Origin: an uncultured Clostridia bacterium
GTDB lineage: Bacteria; Bacillota; Clostridia; Christensenellales; Borkfalkiaceae
Direction of reading: 5' to 3'
Assembly (NCBI GenBank): GCA_947624805.1
Contig: CANQLW010000001.1
Coordinates: forward strand, 37,073 to 101,072
DNA: 64,000 nt
A program made the position numbers and the translations under genes. Shown one piece after another: positions 61,346 to 64,000 of this stretch. The notes under the pieces were generated by a model, which ran no database searches, was not told where the DNA came from, and worked only from the letters and a program-made list of their open reading frames with translations. Position 1 is the first letter of the stretch, and every line of letters begins with the position of its first letter.

Positions 61346-63997
61346 TCAATCCGATACTTTGGTGAGGAACGCTCCGCCAAACAGAAGCGCCCGATAATTT
61401 GCCGTCGTCTTGGTGCAGTGCACCTTTACCGTCCATTCGCCCGCCTCGAGCTCTACGAGATGTGTGCCGTTTTCGTCTACAAGGTTATCGGAGAGCAACA
61501 TCTTTCCGTGAGGCTTCCCGCAGGAGCTTACATCTTGCTGACAGATCTTCTGCGAGGTGAGCACGATGGTCTTATCGCCCTTGACGAGCGTAATCTTCAA
61601 CTCATTGTCCGTATGGTCCTTATAGGCGGAGGCGAGGAAGGTAATGTCATAGACGCCGCCTGTGAGTGTTACGGTCTGCGATTGCTCCTCGGAGATTACA
61701 TTGTTGTTGGAGTTGGAGATGAGGTTCACGTTGAAGCCGAGATTCTGCCCGAAATAGGAAGCGGTGTGAGTCCGTCCGTCATGCGAAGTTACGACGATCC
61801 CCTCGGGCTGTGCAACAAGCACGAGCTTGACCCCGCGAAGCGTGAAGCTGTATTCCGCATTCACCAGATACTGCGTGTGCATCACGAGCTCCTGTTCTTT
61901 CCCGCCCTCAAGATAGACGTTGAAATAGTTTGCATTGTAGCCGCCGTCGCCGCCCGAATAACCGTACGCGAGAGAGGCGTCCGTATCGATGATATTATAG
62001 GATTGGATGAATCCCTTCATATTGCTCATCATGGCAGACGTCTGATAATAGTCAGGGTACATCGTCTTATTGATCAGTGCGCCGACATCGGCATCGTCTT
62101 TTTTCTCTGTCGTTTCCTGACGGACATAGGCATAATCCAGATAGACGCGATACAGTCCCGATTTCTCCGCGGGGATCTCGACTTTGAAGGAAGTGAGGCA
62201 GACACCTGCCTGTTTGTTGTTTGCGGGTGCGTTCGCAAAACGGTATTCCTTCGTGCCGCATACCGTACAGGTGAGCGACCCGTCCGTGAGCGTTTCGCTC
62301 TTATAGCTGTGTCCCGTGGCGGGGAGGACGGTGTTCTTGACGGCGCCGCACTCCGTGCAGACTTGTTTCTTGCTCCCCGCGCTCTCGCAGGTCGGGGATA
62401 CGACATCCTGGTCCTCATAGTGATGTTCGCAGGTCTCGCCCGTGCTCTCAAAGAAGATGCCGCCGCCCGAGAACGCGATCCGCTTGCTCGTGTCCGCGTT
62501 GACCGCTTGCAGACTCACCGTCCAGTCTCCCGCCGTGAGATAGACGAGATGTTCCCCGTCCGCGTCGAAGAGATTGCGGCTGAGACGGGTCGTCGAGAGC
62601 GAGCTCTCCGCCGCCGCGCTGAGGCCTTTGGAGTTGAGTTCGATCGTCTGCGCCCCGTTCGTGAGGGTGAGTTTGATTTCCGTATTATTCGCCGCCGTGA
62701 CGAGGACGGAGCTGTCGTACCAGCCCTCTTCGGCGATCGTGAGCGTCCCGCCGCGCGTTTCGTTCCATGAGCCGTTTGCCATCATGTTCACGGAGAGCCC
62801 GAGCGTGCTCTTGCCCGATGTGAAGTATGCACCCGTCCAGTGCGCCTGTGTATAGTACCATGTGTAGAGATAGAGATCGGTCAGGCTCTCGGCTTCGAGT
62901 CTCGCACCCGTCACAGTGACGTCCGTGCAATCGGAGAAGTGGAGTTCAAGTATATTGTCCCCCCCCGTGAGATATACGCTGAAACAGGAGGCGTTGTAGC
63001 CGCCCGCCGCGCCAGCATACGCCGCGGGGACGGAAGCATCCTTCGTGAGCAGGTTGAAGCTCTGCATTCCCTGCCCGTCCTCTGCCTCGAGCGCCTCGTT
63101 GAGCGTCTTGTTGACGACGCCCGCGTAGAAGTTCGAGATGTCGACGTCTGCGGCGCTCTCCGACCTCTCAACAGTGTAACGGAGATTGAGCTTGTAGACG
63201 CCCGCCTTGTCCGCCTTGACGGTAAACGTCTCGGTATAGTACTTGCCCGTGCTGTTGTTCACGTCATACGTCTTCGCCGCGCTCTTTGCGAGGGGCTCGA
63301 AGTTGTATTCCTGTACGCCGCAGATGTCACAGACCCCTCTGTCTCCCGCCGCGATCGTATGGTCCGAATAGGAGTGGCCGTAGCTGACCTCGCTGTATGT
63401 ATCGCCGCAGCCCGTGCAGGAATAGGTCTCCTCGCCCGTCTGTGTGCAGGAAGCGGGAACGCTCGACGTGTGCGTATAGGAATGTTCGTGTGCCCCTTCC
63501 GCCTTCTTGGCGAAGAGCCCGCAGCCGAACAGGACGAATGCCTTGGAGTCGCCCGTATGGTCGTAAGCGCCGACGGTGACCGTCCAGTCTCCCGCCGTGA
63601 GGTAGACGTTCTGTCCCCCCTTCGTGCCGCCCGTGTAGCAATCATAGGAGCCCTTATACACGTGGACATCCTCTGCCTTCTCCGTGCCCGTGTAGGTATA
63701 GAGATCGTTCAGATAGCCGAAGTCCGTCTTTGCGGGGAGCCCGTCCGAGCGCATCGTGATGCGGTGCAGCACGCCGTCTTCCTCCCGTGTGAAGGTGAAA
63801 TAGATCTCGCTCGCCGCCGCATGACCGTTGTTTGCGCCCGCGCCGAAGTAGCCGAAGGTATAGAGCCCGTCCTCCGCAACAGAGAGGGTCGCCGTCGAGG
63901 CGACGACGGTCTGCCCGCTCCCGCAGATGAGATAGGGACCGTACCCGACGCCGTAGGTGAGCAGATTCCGCGCGTGGGTGTTCTCGAAGAGCGCCAA
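61346..63997 (-). CDS. Large secreted/surface protein, N-terminus beyond the window; three related ~300-aa modules
   Basis: The frame is open to the window edge. Recurrent blocks are LTAGDWTV, GG(A/I/L)F..K and Cys pairs (CTQTGEETYSCTGCG; CESAGSKKQVCTECG) followed by GHSY. Confidence 0.6.
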   Translation of the reverse strand: MALFENTHARNLLTYGVGYGPYLICGSGQTVVASTATLSVAEDGLYTFGYFGAGANNGHAAASEIYFTFTREEDGVLHRITMRSDGLPAKTDFGYLNDLYTYTGTEKAEDVHVYKGSYDCYTGGTKGGQNVYLTAGDWTVTVGAYDHTGDSKAFVLFGCGLFAKKAEGAHEHSYTHTSSVPASCTQTGEETYSCTGCGDTYSEVSYGHSYSDHTIAAGDRGVCDICGVQEYNFEPLAKSAAKTYDVNNSTGKYYTETFTVKADKAGVYKLNLRYTVERSESAADVDISNFYAGVVNKTLNEALEAEDGQGMQSFNLLTKDASVPAAYAGAAGGYNASCFSVYLTGGDNILELHFSDCTDVTVTGARLEAESLTDLYLYTWYYTQAHWTGAYFTSGKSTLGLSVNMMANGSWNETRGGTLTIAEEGWYDSSVLVTAANNTEIKLTLTNGAQTIELNSKGLSAAAESSLSTTRLSRNLFDADGEHLVYLTAGDWTVSLQAVNADTSKRIAFSGGGIFFESTGETCEHHYEDQDVVSPTCESAGSKKQVCTECGAVKNTVLPATGHSYKSETLTDGSLTCTVCGTKEYRFANAPANNKQAGVCLTSFKVEIPAEKSGLYRVYLDYAYVRQETTEKKDDADVGALINKTMYPDYYQTSAMMSNMKGFIQSYNIIDTDASLAYGYSGGDGGYNANYFNVYLEGGKEQELVMHTQYLVNAEYSFTLRGVKLVLVAQPEGIVVTSHDGRTHTASYFGQNLGFNVNLISNSNNNVISEEQSQTVTLTGGVYDITFLASAYKDHTDNELKITLVKGDKTIVLTSQKICQQDVSSCGKPHGKMLLSDNLVDENGTHLVELEAGEWTVKVHCTKTTANYRALLFGGAFLTKVSD

Positions 63998-64000
63998 TGC

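Overview
High-GC chromosomal segment; single 60-nt lines I counted by hand gave about 65% GC. It looks like a spore-forming Firmicutes/Clostridia genome (spoIVFA/spoIVFB-like pair, strong GGAGG ribosome-binding sites). All domain calls come from motifs read by eye. No searches were run.

Layout:
1. 1-10.5 kb: accessory island on the minus strand. It holds a tyrosine recombinase, a UvrD-like helicase fused to a RecB/Cas4-type nuclease, a VirD4/TraG-like ATPase, an XRE regulator, a stand-alone RyR-domain protein and a 933-aa membrane protein with a RyR-like segment.
2. 10.5-19.8 kb: Opp/Dpp-type ABC importer whose two ATPases carry large insertions.
3. 20.3-32.0 kb: a TerY-P triad (vWA + PP2C + Ser/Thr kinase, a known phage-defence module). 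It is embedded in two tight operons that also encode a CASTOR/POLLUX-like channel, a CbxX/SpoVK-type AAA+ ATPase, two YbjN-like proteins, a Cys-rich protein and two small membrane proteins.
4. 32.2-33.5 kb: apgM.
5. 33.6-41.7 kb: translationally coupled 8-gene operon. It encodes two membrane-anchored guanylate-kinase-like paralogs, an atypical HAD, two radical-SAM/SPASM enzymes, an aminotransferase-fold protein whose PLP lysine is replaced by Arg, and a 2-hydroxyacid dehydrogenase.
6. 41.8-48.8 kb: mostly housekeeping (DUF2779-like, spoIVFB/spoIVFA, cysteine desulfurase, HelD-like helicase).
7. 48.9-56.1 kb: repeat-rich accessory zone with radC behind a 12-nt-periodic A+C-rich leader. It also carries a strongly AT-rich (about 33% GC in a sampled line) 3-gene cassette: a small protein, an 806-aa GHKL-type ATPase and a cytoplasmic trypsin-like protease, bracketed by two ~166-bp direct repeats.
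8. 56.2-64 kb: membrane protein, GH3 glycosidase, lipoprotein and a truncated surface protein.

A family of mosaic GC-rich hairpin repeats sits at the edges of every accessory block. No rRNA, tRNA or CRISPR array was seen.

Best candidates for an undescribed system, in order: the GHKL-ATPase/protease cassette, the channel/AAA+/YbjN extension of TerY-P, and the kinase/radical-SAM operon.
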